Shown: positions 49,341 to 59,030 of the stretch, in pieces
How the letters are laid out: each line of letters opens with the position of its first letter
Position numbering within the stretch: position 1 is the stretch's first letter
Assembly: GCA_963662665.2 (NCBI GenBank)
Contig: CAXXJS010000040.1
Location: 352,001-416,000, forward strand
Reading direction: 5' to 3'
Source of the DNA: Candidatus Latescibacterota bacterium
Lineage (GTDB): Bacteria; Latescibacterota; UBA2968; GCA-2709665
Length of the DNA: 64,000 nt
Translations under genes and position numbers: made by a program
Notes under the pieces: generated by a model
Seen by the model: the letters and a program-made list of their open reading frames with translations, nothing else
The model's database searches: none
Told to the model about the DNA's origin: nothing

Positions 49341-50420
49341 ATGAGTAGCCTCAATCACACTGAAATCCGGGTAGATGCGGATGTTCTCGAAACATTCGTG
49401 CGCGACCTGTATCTGGCCGCCGGCGTGCCGGCTGGTGACGCGGAAACGATCGCACGGGCAATTCTCTGCCAGGAAACCCGCGGCAACACGACCCACGGGC
49501 TCCGGCTCGCACACTTCAATCTGCGGGGGCTGGACGATGGCACAATCCGCGCCAATCCCGATCAGCCCGTCCTCAGCGACCGTGGCATGACCGCGGTGAT
49601 CGAAGGCGACCACGGTGTGGGTATCGTCGGCTGCATGAAGGGGATGCGGCTGGCCATCCGGAAAGCACGGGAAGGCGGCATCGGCATCGCCCTGATCGTA
49701 CGGAACAATCATTTTCTCGCCGCCGTTCCGTATTGCCTCGAAGCGGCCGACGCCGGAATGATCGGTATTGCGTTTTCGAACACCAAGGGCGCCATGGGAT
49801 ATCCTGGCGCCCGCGGCTCGGTGATCGGGAATACGCCGATGGGCTTCGGCATCCCGACGGCCGGCGGCTTTCCCATCCTGTTCGACGCCTGTATGACCGC
49901 CTCCGGAGGCAGGATGAGGCAGTGGACCAGGGAAGGAGAGCGGATTCCGCGCGATATACGAGGGTTCGACCGGGACGGCAGGCCCACCGACGACCCGCAG
50001 GCCGTAATTGGCGGCGGGACCACGATGCCAATCGGCGGGCACAAGGGCGCCGGACTGGCCATTCTGGTTGAGGCGTTGACGGGGGTGCTGGGCGGCGCCG
50101 CTTTCCTGAGCGATATCACACCCCGCGACCAGGCCGACAGAACGGACAAGACCCACGCGGTGAGCCATTGCTGCATCGCCATCGACGTCGCGGCGTTTAT
50201 GCCAGTGGCGGATTTTGAAGCGCGAATGGCGGACTTTGTCGCGGACCTCAAGGACAACCCACTTGACGGCGAGTCCGATGAGATCCGGCTGCCCGGAGAA
50301 AGAATGGAGCGGACCCGGCGGGAATGCGAGATTCACGGCGTCCCGCTGGAACCGGATGTGCATCAGGAACTCGAGGATTGGGCGGATCGACTGGGCGTGC
50401 GTTTCCCGGATACGCTTTAG
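49341..50420 (+). CDS. Ldh_2 (malate/L-lactate/sulfolactate dehydrogenase class 2) family oxidoreductase
   Basis: THGL, RNNHF, IGNTPMGFG, GGHKGAGLA, IRLPGE. Confidence 0.9.
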   Translation: MSSLNHTEIRVDADVLETFVRDLYLAAGVPAGDAETIARAILCQETRGNTTHGLRLAHFNLRGLDDGTIRANPDQPVLSDRGMTAVIEGDHGVGIVGCMKGMRLAIRKAREGGIGIALIVRNNHFLAAVPYCLEAADAGMIGIAFSNTKGAMGYPGARGSVIGNTPMGFGIPTAGGFPILFDACMTASGGRMRQWTREGERIPRDIRGFDRDGRPTDDPQAVIGGGTTMPIGGHKGAGLAILVEALTGVLGGAAFLSDITPRDQADRTDKTHAVSHCCIAIDVAAFMPVADFEARMADFVADLKDNPLDGESDEIRLPGERMERTRRECEIHGVPLEPDVHQELEDWADRLGVRFPDTL

Positions 50421-50447
50421 CGCGCCGTCAACACGATGTGAGAAGGT

Positions 50448-50944
50448 ATGGACGACCAATACCGAATTCGCGGCGCGACGAAAGCCGACCTGGACCGGAT
50501 CGGGGAAATCATCCGGCAGGCGTGGGAGCCGATTTTCGGGCTGCACGAAGAAAACTGGGGCGAGGAGCTCTTCGACGTCCTTTATGCGAACTGGCCGGAA
50601 AACATCAAGGCCAGTGTGGGACGCCACCTGGCGGAACACCCGGAATGGGCGTTCGTCGTTGAGTCGCGCGAAACCGGCGAGGTGGTTGCGTTCATCACCT
50701 ATCTGCTGGATACGAAGAAAGGGATTGGCATCGTGGGACTGAACGCCGTCGCGGCCGGGTTGCAGGGTCAGGGAATCGGGACCACGATGTACAACTTCGT
50801 CATGGACCGTTTCCGGAAGGCGGGCTGAAATACGCGCAGGTGCGAACGGGCCTGAACGATGCACAGACCGGCGCCCGGCGGGCCTACGAGAAGGCCGGGT
50901 TCAACATCGAACGTAAAGAGGTCATCTATTACGCGTACCTTTGA
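50448..50944 (+). pseudogene. GNAT N-acetyltransferase, frameshifted near 50825
   Basis: The ORF has the acetyl-CoA motif NAVAAGLQGQGIG and stops at 50828. The shifted frame continues LKYAQVRTGLNDAQTGARRAYEKAGF...YYAYL to a stop at 50944. Confidence 0.8.
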
Positions 50945-50955
50945 AAGGTCCGGGT

Positions 50956-52023
50956 ATGGAACAATACATCTTCCGGGGAGGTCCTGCCGAAGCGGGGCGG
51001 GCGCAGGGCGCGCTGGATCCGGAATACGCCCGGCGTGAGCTGGAGAAGCGGTTGGAACAGCCTCAGGACTTCGAGGACGGCTACTTCCGTGAGAACTTGT
51101 CATTCATGCGGCGGGAATTCCCGGAACTGGTGACGCAGATGGAAGCGTACGGCGACGCTGCGGGGATTGAAGACTTCGATCATACGTATCTGCTGCACGT
51201 CTACTTTACCGCCGCCGACCTGGACGGATGCTCGGCGCTCGGGATCATGCTGAAGGACGACGGTCCGGCGATGTTGAGGACGTACGATACGAGTTCCATC
51301 AGCAGGGTCGAGGATTTCGTGAAGGACAAGATCCTGATGGAATTGCCGGACGTCAGGCCCCACGGGATGGCCGGCATCGGGGAGCGGTTCGGCGTCACCG
51401 TCGGCACGGCGATCAACGACGCGGGGCTGCTGGTGGGTTGCGCGTCCGGTCACCGGAAGTTCAACCCCGGCGCCAACCCGGAACACGTCAATCTATATTT
51501 CACCACGCACCTGCTCGCGCAATATTGCGCTGACTGCGACGACGTGGGGCACTTCCTCCTGCAATACAGGATCTCGGGCATCAAGGGCCTCACGGGCGTT
51601 GCCGTGGACGCGGCCGGCGACATGGTGGGTTTCGAACTGGAATCGGCCAACATCGCCCTCAGGGAACCCGAAAACGGGATGGTACTCGAAACCAACCACT
51701 GGCAGGATCCCGCCCTCCAGAAACCGTCCCGCGAGGCGGATCCGGACTGGTGGGCGAGCACGTCGTATTACAACTCCCAGAACCGGATTCAGTACCTGGC
51801 CTGCCACCGGGACGCGTTCGAAAGCATGCGCACCGTGGATGAACTGACCGACTTCTCGTTCGACGTGCACGAACCGGGAAGGATTCTTCAAAGCCCGGAA
51901 ACCAATATCGGAGGCTGGTTCACCACCCACGCGATCTTCATGACGTCGCGAGACCGGAAGTTGCGGGTCCACCGGTACCCGCTGGACAAGGAACAACATA
52001 CGGAAATGACGTACGCCGAATGA
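50956..52023 (+). CDS. C45 family Ntn-hydrolase/acyltransferase (copy 1)
   Basis: DGCSALG (candidate Cys nucleophile), INDAGL, ETNHW. Confidence 0.75.
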   Translation: MEQYIFRGGPAEAGRAQGALDPEYARRELEKRLEQPQDFEDGYFRENLSFMRREFPELVTQMEAYGDAAGIEDFDHTYLLHVYFTAADLDGCSALGIMLKDDGPAMLRTYDTSSISRVEDFVKDKILMELPDVRPHGMAGIGERFGVTVGTAINDAGLLVGCASGHRKFNPGANPEHVNLYFTTHLLAQYCADCDDVGHFLLQYRISGIKGLTGVAVDAAGDMVGFELESANIALREPENGMVLETNHWQDPALQKPSREADPDWWASTSYYNSQNRIQYLACHRDAFESMRTVDELTDFSFDVHEPGRILQSPETNIGGWFTTHAIFMTSRDRKLRVHRYPLDKEQHTEMTYAE

Positions 52024-52070
52024 CGGCGCTGTATATCAGATCGAACTGCTGAAGGGAAGGAAGGACCACA

Positions 52071-53600
52071 ATGGCGGAGGACTCTCACAGGACAGGGAAC
52101 CTGGACCGGATGAACACGGACGCCGGAAGCGCGGACGGTTTCCTGCTCATGAACGGGATCGAGGACGTCTATCACGTGACGCAGGCGGTGTGCGAGGCCG
52201 AAAAACATCCCCTCAATCCCGTACTTCCCGTTGGCGACTCGCACGAGTGGGACTCCACCCACTGCGCGCCGTGGTCCTCGCCCACGGTCATCTACGACGA
52301 TGAAGACAAGCTCTTCAAGGCCTGGTACGCGGGTTCGGACATCGCACCCTCCAGGTGGTGGGCCATGGGGTACGCGGTGAGCGAAGACGGGGTCAACTGG
52401 CACAAACCCGAATTGGGTATGTACGAGTACAACGGGAGCAAGAAGAACAACATCGTCCTGGACGGGCGCGGCCCGATCATCAAGGACGACTCCGAGCCGG
52501 ACCCGGACAAGCGATTCAAGGGGATCAAGCGCAGCTTCGGCGGGCAGGCGGTTTACGCCGGCAAGGGCGCCCGGGCCAACTATTCTCCCGACGGGGTCCA
52601 CTGGACCGAGGGTCCCAATATCGACCTGCCCGAGTGGTTTCGCGGACCGCCCGATATCGGCGTCCTCGTCCGGGACGACCAGGACCCGGATCCCTCGCGC
52701 CGGTACAAGATCGTCTTCCAGGAGATGGTACCGTTCGACAAGCCGGATATCAAGCGTCACGCCGAACGGTACCGCGGCCTGGGGCGCGCCAAGATTCTGG
52801 CGTACGGCCCGGACGTCGAGTACTTCCGGAGGGCGGAAGAGAACCCCCTGCTCTCCCCCGCCGACGGCCTCGAGTACGAGGACCATCACATCATGATGTC
52901 GCCGTACGGCGGCGCATGGATCATCTGCTACGAGTACGGCTGGTACGTACCGAGCCGCTATGGCTTCTACGGGACGTACTCGGCGGACATACGCCTGGCG
53001 ACCAGCGGAGACGGACTCAATTTCCGGCGGGTGAATCCCCATCAGAAGGTCATCGCTCGCGGCGCGCACGGCGAGTGGGACGGGGGGTTGCTCATTATTA
53101 CGGATAAACCGGTCGTCAAGGACGGTACCATCTACATGTACTATGGCGGGTCGGGCGAAGAGTTCACGAGTTGGCCGCCGGAAAACGAGATCTCCGAGTT
53201 TGTTCATGAGATGGGGAGCGGAAGCGCACGTATGGCGCGGATGGGCCTGGCCACGCTCCGCGAAGATGGCTTTACCTGCCTGGAGACCCCGGACCGGGAG
53301 ACGCCCGGAAACGCGACCACCACGCCGCTGGCGTTGACCGACCGTTCGACTGCGCTGACGGTCAACGTGGGAGACGTGCGACAAAACCGCAACTGGGTCG
53401 AAGTTGAAGTTCTGGACGCGGATTCAGGTGAGCCGATTCCCGGTTACGGATGCGAGGACTGTGACGATGTCTACGTCGACGGACTGCGACGCCCCGTGGC
53501 GTGGGGCGACAAACGTCTTGCGGACGTCGGCCGAGACCGCTTCAAGCTGCGATTCCATCTGTATGGCGCGGCCCGGCTGTACGGATACCGATTCGTCTGA
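52071..53600 (+). CDS. GH32-like five-bladed beta-propeller plus beta-sandwich protein
   Basis: KHPLNPVL, FKAWY, SEDGVNWHKPELG, GLATLREDGF, LRFHL..ARLYGYRF. Confidence 0.78.
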   Translation: MAEDSHRTGNLDRMNTDAGSADGFLLMNGIEDVYHVTQAVCEAEKHPLNPVLPVGDSHEWDSTHCAPWSSPTVIYDDEDKLFKAWYAGSDIAPSRWWAMGYAVSEDGVNWHKPELGMYEYNGSKKNNIVLDGRGPIIKDDSEPDPDKRFKGIKRSFGGQAVYAGKGARANYSPDGVHWTEGPNIDLPEWFRGPPDIGVLVRDDQDPDPSRRYKIVFQEMVPFDKPDIKRHAERYRGLGRAKILAYGPDVEYFRRAEENPLLSPADGLEYEDHHIMMSPYGGAWIICYEYGWYVPSRYGFYGTYSADIRLATSGDGLNFRRVNPHQKVIARGAHGEWDGGLLIITDKPVVKDGTIYMYYGGSGEEFTSWPPENEISEFVHEMGSGSARMARMGLATLREDGFTCLETPDRETPGNATTTPLALTDRSTALTVNVGDVRQNRNWVEVEVLDADSGEPIPGYGCEDCDDVYVDGLRRPVAWGDKRLADVGRDRFKLRFHLYGAARLYGYRFV

Positions 53601-53637
53601 GGGATACCGGCGCACGGCTCGGTATCGAGAGGAACCT

Positions 53638-55467
53638 ATGGAAGATCAGCAGACCCCCGACGTGATTGTGGCCAGGGACGTGATGGTCCCGATGCGGGAC
53701 GGCGTACGCCTTGCCACCGACCTCTACTTCCCGGGCGAGGTTGCAGATCGACGAACCGGGGCCTTCCCGGCGGTCCTCGAGAGGACGCCGTATAACAAGA
53801 ACGGCGGGGCGGCCATCGCGAGCTTTTTCGCGCGGAACGGCTATATGGCCGCCGTACAGGACTGCAGGGGACGCTATGGTTCAGCGGGCGTGTTCTTCCC
53901 GTTCAGGGACGACCCGGAGGACGGATACGACACCATCGAATGGATCGCCAGTCATCCGTCGTGCAACGGGAAGGTGGGCATGCACGGGTGTTCCTACAAT
54001 GCGTGGGTGCAGTTCCACGCGGCCACGCAGAACCCCCCGTCCCTGGCGACGATGATTCCATTCGAAGGGCCCATCAACGCCTGGCACTATAGTATGCGCG
54101 AGGGGGGCGCACTGCATCTCGGTCTCCTTAACTGGGCGGTCCGGATGTCGACTACGGGCCACGAGGCGCTGGCGGACCCGGCCATTGCCGAAGCCATAAA
54201 GACCATGTCCGCCGACGGACAGCAGTTCCTCGAGTGGGCTTCCCGTATTCCCTGGCGACGCGGTCAGACGCCGCTGGCGGTCGTACCGCAGTACGAGGAC
54301 GCGGTCTTCCAGCTCTATTTCGAGAACAACGACTATACGGAATTCTGGCGGCAGCCGGGATTCGCGATGGACGAGTATTTCGATTCGTTTCCCGACATGC
54401 CCATCCTCTGGATGGCAGGCTGGTTCGACTGGTATCCGAGGACGATTATCGACGGCTTTCAGAAGTTGGTGCGCATGGGACGCGGGAATCAGCATCTGCT
54501 GGTGGGTCCGTGGACCCACGGCAACTGCAAACCGTCCTGCGGAGACGTACACTTCGGACCGGAAGGCGGCCTCCATTTCCAAAAGGATTTCCTCCACCTC
54601 TACCTCGAGTGGTTCAACAGGTGGCTCAAGGAAGATGATACGGTTGACGTGGGCACCGCGGTGCGGGTGTTCCGGATGGGCGGCGGGGACGGCAGCCGCG
54701 ACAGGTACGGGCTCCTGCAACACGGCGGAAAGTGGTTCAGCGTAGCCGGCTGGCCGCCGGAAGGCTCGCGCGAGAGACCGTACTATATCCATGAAAACGG
54801 TATCCTGTCGCCCGACGCCCCCTCTCAGGACGACGCCTCGACGACGTATAGATACGACCCGAGCAATACGGTGTCCAGCAACGGCCGCTGTATCATCCCA
54901 TACGGTCCGATGAAAGAGGGGTGGTTCAAGGGGATGGGACCCCGCGATCAGATTGAGATCGAGACCCTTCCCGGGCATGGCGTCCCCGGCATGCCCATCG
55001 CCTCCCGGCCCGACGTGCTGGTCTTTCAAACCGCGCCGCTTTCCGCGGACCTGTCGATCGCAGGGAATATCAGGGGAGTCCTTTGGATATCCTCGGACGC
55101 GCCGGATACCGATTTTTTCATGAAGCTGCTCGACGTCTATCCCGCCAGCCGGGACGATCCGAACGGGTACGCCTTTCCGGTTTCCGAGGGCATCCTGCGC
55201 GCACGATACCGGGATAGCCGGGAGCATCCGACGCCCATGGATCCGGGAACGGTATATCGTATCGAAGTCGACATGCAACCGTCCGCAAACCTGTTCAGGG
55301 CCGGCCATCGTATCCGCCTGGACATCTGCAGCAGCAATTTCCCCAATTACGACATCAACCGGAATACAGGCGATCCCGACGACAGAGACTGCCGCATCGC
55401 CCGCAATACCGTCTACCACGAGGCCGGCCGCGCCTCGTACGTTCAACTGCCCATCTGGAAGTCATGA
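53638..55467 (+). CDS. CocE/NonD family serine hydrolase
   Basis: VPMRDGVRLATDLY, RTPY, QDCRGRY.S.G, GMHGCSY nucleophile, GWFD, GPWTH, SSNFP. Confidence 0.93.
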   Translation: MEDQQTPDVIVARDVMVPMRDGVRLATDLYFPGEVADRRTGAFPAVLERTPYNKNGGAAIASFFARNGYMAAVQDCRGRYGSAGVFFPFRDDPEDGYDTIEWIASHPSCNGKVGMHGCSYNAWVQFHAATQNPPSLATMIPFEGPINAWHYSMREGGALHLGLLNWAVRMSTTGHEALADPAIAEAIKTMSADGQQFLEWASRIPWRRGQTPLAVVPQYEDAVFQLYFENNDYTEFWRQPGFAMDEYFDSFPDMPILWMAGWFDWYPRTIIDGFQKLVRMGRGNQHLLVGPWTHGNCKPSCGDVHFGPEGGLHFQKDFLHLYLEWFNRWLKEDDTVDVGTAVRVFRMGGGDGSRDRYGLLQHGGKWFSVAGWPPEGSRERPYYIHENGILSPDAPSQDDASTTYRYDPSNTVSSNGRCIIPYGPMKEGWFKGMGPRDQIEIETLPGHGVPGMPIASRPDVLVFQTAPLSADLSIAGNIRGVLWISSDAPDTDFFMKLLDVYPASRDDPNGYAFPVSEGILRARYRDSREHPTPMDPGTVYRIEVDMQPSANLFRAGHRIRLDICSSNFPNYDINRNTGDPDDRDCRIARNTVYHEAGRASYVQLPIWKS

Positions 55468-56540
55468 AAGGCGAATCGATGTCCGACAGCACAAGACCTG
55501 ACCTGAAGACCGCGGAAATCGAGGGCAGAAGGGTACTCTGCCTGGATGTTATGGAAGCACCCGTCGCGGTGTCCGGCTTCCCCTGGATGGAACGGGAGAG
55601 GCAGTTCTGCCGGCTGCCAGTCGACGCGCTGCCGGACATGAGCGAATCCGTCCGGAGACTGGCCTGGTGTACCTCGGGCGGGATGGCGCGTTTCAGGACG
55701 GATTCCCGAACAATCGCCATCCGGGTGGAACTGGCCGAGGTCGTCGACATGCCGCACATGCCGCGGTCAGGAAATTCCGGGTTCGATATTTACGCGGGAG
55801 TCGGAACAGAGAAGCGGTTCATAAACGCCGCGAGACCGCCCATGATTGAGCGGGTATACGAAACGCTCCTGGTCGATGGACAGGACGGCGGCATGCGGGA
55901 ATGGACGCTGAATTTTCCGGTTTACAACGGCGTCAACCGGGTTGTTATCGGATTGGATCCGGGCGCGAAAATCGAACCACCCTCGCCGTTCACGGTTGAG
56001 AAGCCGCTTCTCTTCTACGGGTCCTCAATAACGCACGGAGGCTGCGCGTCCCGGCCGGGAAACACCTATCCCAATATCCTGTCGCGTTGGCTGGATGCGA
56101 ACCTGATCAACTTCGGATTCAGCGGTAGCGCCAGGGGTGAGCCGGAAATGGCCCGTCTGATCGCGAAGGTGGACATGCGTATGTTTGTGATGGATTACGA
56201 CCACAATGCCCCTACGGCCGATTATCTGGAGCAGACACATGAGGCGTTTTTCCGGATTGTGAGGGATGCCCGTCCCGACCTGCCCATTATCATCGTTTCG
56301 AGTCCGTCGATCAATGCCAATCCGTCACGCTGGACGGAGAGGCGAGAGATCATTCGAAGGACATATCTGAATGCCTTGAAACGAGGTGACGCCAGGGTGT
56401 GGTTTGTGGATGGCGAGACCCTTTTCGGCTCGGCCGATCAGGACGCATGTACTGTCGACGGGGTTCACCCGAACGACCTGGGATTCCTGCGTATGGCCAA
56501 AGCGATTCGTCGGTCGGTCGAAGCGGCCCGCCTCGCGTGA
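55464..56540 (+). CDS. SGNH/GDSL hydrolase with N-terminal GxDxY domain
   Basis: GFDIY, YGSSITHG, NFGFSG, DGVHPNDLG. Confidence 0.9.
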   Translation: MKGESMSDSTRPDLKTAEIEGRRVLCLDVMEAPVAVSGFPWMERERQFCRLPVDALPDMSESVRRLAWCTSGGMARFRTDSRTIAIRVELAEVVDMPHMPRSGNSGFDIYAGVGTEKRFINAARPPMIERVYETLLVDGQDGGMREWTLNFPVYNGVNRVVIGLDPGAKIEPPSPFTVEKPLLFYGSSITHGGCASRPGNTYPNILSRWLDANLINFGFSGSARGEPEMARLIAKVDMRMFVMDYDHNAPTADYLEQTHEAFFRIVRDARPDLPIIIVSSPSINANPSRWTERREIIRRTYLNALKRGDARVWFVDGETLFGSADQDACTVDGVHPNDLGFLRMAKAIRRSVEAARLA

Positions 56541-56616
56541 AGTCCCGGGCTGACCTGATCCGGAAACTGGAATGTTAATTCAGAAAACAAGAGATCCACG
56601 GCACAAGGAGGAGATA

Positions 56617-57681
56617 ATGAAGACCCGTATTTTTCGCGGAAGTCCCGCAGAGATCGGAAAGGCCCAGGGCTCCATGGACCCTGAGGCGGCCCGTGACTAT
56701 CTGAAGTTCTGGCAGGAACGCCCGCACGATTTCGACGCTACCTACTTTCGAAAGAATATGGCGTTCATGCGCCGGGAGTTTCCGGATATGATCGATCAGA
56801 TCGAAGCGTTCGGCGAGGCGGCAGGAATGGCGTCGTTCGACCACGCGTACTTTGGCCATATACTCTGGACCGGACCCGTGGGTGATGCCTGTTCCACGCT
56901 GGGAATCCTGCTGGAAGACGACGGCCCCGCCATGTTGTCCACCAACGACGGAGGCACGGATACGGCGCCGGGAACGGTCTCCAATTCCGTTGTGTCGTTT
57001 TTCCCGGACACGAAACCTCATGGAATGATGGGGTTCGGCACCAGGCGGCAGGTCACGCTGGGGATGGCTGTGAATGACGCCGGACTGGCAGTCGGAGCGA
57101 ATTCCGGGCATCGGAAGTTCAACTTTGTCTCGAACCCCGAACGCCTCAACCTCTACTTCGTCGTTCACCTGCTCGCGCAGCACTGCGGCGACTGCGACGA
57201 CGTCCGGCATTTCGTGGAACAGTACCGCCTCTCCGGGCAAAAGGGGATGAACCTGGTCACGGTCGACGCCGAGGGGAACATACTGGGTCTGGAACTGGAG
57301 TCGGAGAACGTCGCCATTTCGGAGGCGCAGGACGGGATGCTCCTGGAGGTCAACCACTGGCGGCATCCCAGGCTCCGGAAACCGTCGCGCGAGGCGGACC
57401 CTGATTTCTGGGACGGGCCATACTATTACAATTCCCAGGCCCGCGTCATGTATTTCGAGCACTATCGAAACGTGTTCGCGCGAATGAAGACGATGCAGGA
57501 CCTTGTGGACTTTTCGTTTGATGTCCACGCGCCGGGGCGGATCCTCCAGATGCACGGGCTGAACGTGGGTGACCTGATCTCCTGCCAGGTCATGTTCGCA
57601 ACCACGAGAGATCGAAAGATGAGGCTTTACCTGCATCCGATTGAAAAAGACAATTTCGAGGAGTTCGAATATCCAAATTGA
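56617..57681 (+). CDS. C45 family Ntn-hydrolase/acyltransferase (copy 2)
   Basis: DACSTLG, VNDAGL, EVNHW; paralog of 50956-52023; AAGGAGGAG RBS. Confidence 0.75.
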   Translation: MKTRIFRGSPAEIGKAQGSMDPEAARDYLKFWQERPHDFDATYFRKNMAFMRREFPDMIDQIEAFGEAAGMASFDHAYFGHILWTGPVGDACSTLGILLEDDGPAMLSTNDGGTDTAPGTVSNSVVSFFPDTKPHGMMGFGTRRQVTLGMAVNDAGLAVGANSGHRKFNFVSNPERLNLYFVVHLLAQHCGDCDDVRHFVEQYRLSGQKGMNLVTVDAEGNILGLELESENVAISEAQDGMLLEVNHWRHPRLRKPSREADPDFWDGPYYYNSQARVMYFEHYRNVFARMKTMQDLVDFSFDVHAPGRILQMHGLNVGDLISCQVMFATTRDRKMRLYLHPIEKDNFEEFEYPN

Positions 57682-57952
57682 CCAAAGGGTGGAAAGGGGT
57701 CGCAAGGGGCAACGTCAGTAGCCTGAACTGTCGCATTTTGCGACAGAAAAATCACGCTGGGAATGCTGATGGCCATTGCGTCAGGCACGCGAATATTGTA
57801 GAATTAAGGGTGAACCCGTCTCTTAAACAGGGCTGCGCCGGTGGCAGGCAATCCTCGCCGGCCTTCGGGCGCGGCTAATCACGCGCGCGTGTCCTTATCG
57901 TTTGCCGGACGCTGTCCGGCAAACCGCGGGACGTATCGAAAAGGAGCTGAAG

Positions 57953-58867
57953 TTGAACCGCACTAAGGAAGTTCCGTACCCGGACGTGAAGATCGCGAAC
58001 CTGAAATCATACTTTCGAACGGCGTCCATTCTCATCGCCGCCCTCTGTATCCTTGCGCCCCGGCCCGCCTTTGCGGGCGCGTGGACGCTGGAAAAAGGCC
58101 AGGTGTGGAGCAAAATCACCGGCCTTTACCAGGCCACCGACAGGCACTACGAAAAAGACGGCGACGCGAGCAAGATCCCGGCCGATTATACGTCACGGGA
58201 GGTGTATCTCGACGTGTATTACGGGGTGACCAAGCGCTTCGATCTCGGCGTTCAGTTCGCGGCGATCAACCGGATGTTCGAGAATTTCACCTCGCCCACG
58301 CACAGAGAGATGTTTGGATATCGCACAAAAGAGTCAGGTCTTGGCGACGTCCGCGTCTTCGGCAAGGTCAATCTCGTACACGAACCTGTCGTGGGCACCC
58401 TGATGCTTGGTATCAAGGCGCCAACCGGGGATTTTCGCGCCGCGCCCGAGGCCATGTCTGCCGGAAACGGCCAGTGGGACGTCGAAGTGATCGCGCAGAT
58501 CGGCCGCTCCTATTGGCCCACCCCGATATACGCCAATATCGATCTGGGATATCGCCTCCGGGAGACAAACGAAACCATTCACCACAACCCGGACGACGAG
58601 TTGATCTACAACGTTGAGATCGGCGGCAGCCCCACCGAGATGCTGAACGTCGCCCTGAAACTGGAAGGGATCTCGGGCGGCGGCCGGCGCGTCACCTATG
58701 CGATACCCACGGCGATCGTCAGCCTGCCGCAGGGCCTCGCCCTCGAAGCCGCGGCGCGTGTGTCCGTACTTGGCCGCGCCGACCCCGCGCTCGGAGCGCC
58801 TTATACGTTTTTCGCCGGCTCCACGTGGCTGTTCGGGATTTCCTACACCGGAAGCCTGATGCGGTAA
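57953..58867 (+). CDS. Exported beta-barrel protein (MetA-pathway/transporter-like)
   Basis: Signal peptide ending AFA; YYGVT..FDLGV, SGLGDVRV, GIKAPTG, GNGQWD. Start uncertain (TTG after AAGGAG, or GTG at 57986). Confidence 0.7.
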   Translation: MNRTKEVPYPDVKIANLKSYFRTASILIAALCILAPRPAFAGAWTLEKGQVWSKITGLYQATDRHYEKDGDASKIPADYTSREVYLDVYYGVTKRFDLGVQFAAINRMFENFTSPTHREMFGYRTKESGLGDVRVFGKVNLVHEPVVGTLMLGIKAPTGDFRAAPEAMSAGNGQWDVEVIAQIGRSYWPTPIYANIDLGYRLRETNETIHHNPDDELIYNVEIGGSPTEMLNVALKLEGISGGGRRVTYAIPTAIVSLPQGLALEAAARVSVLGRADPALGAPYTFFAGSTWLFGISYTGSLMR

Positions 58868-58923
58868 TCGCACCATGTGGGAAATTAGCCTTCTCGATGG
58901 AGCAGAGCCAACGTGCATACGAA

Positions 58924-58956
58924 AGGGGAAGGGGCGTTTGCCCCTTCCCCTGTTTT
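58924..58956 (+). terminator. Rho-independent terminator
   Basis: AGGGGAAGGGGC-GTTT-GCCCCTTCCCCT followed by GTTTT. Confidence 0.75.
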
Positions 58957-59030
58957 CAATGCGATAAGTGGAAGGCAAGGGCATTGCACCCGAAAGTGAA
59001 AGGTACGGATTGCCTGGAGAGGGCGCAGGG

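Noticed and set aside
57800-57950. Structured leader with a perfect 11-bp hairpin (57900-57924)
   Set aside because: No conserved riboswitch or ncRNA motif recognised; one hairpin is not enough evidence.
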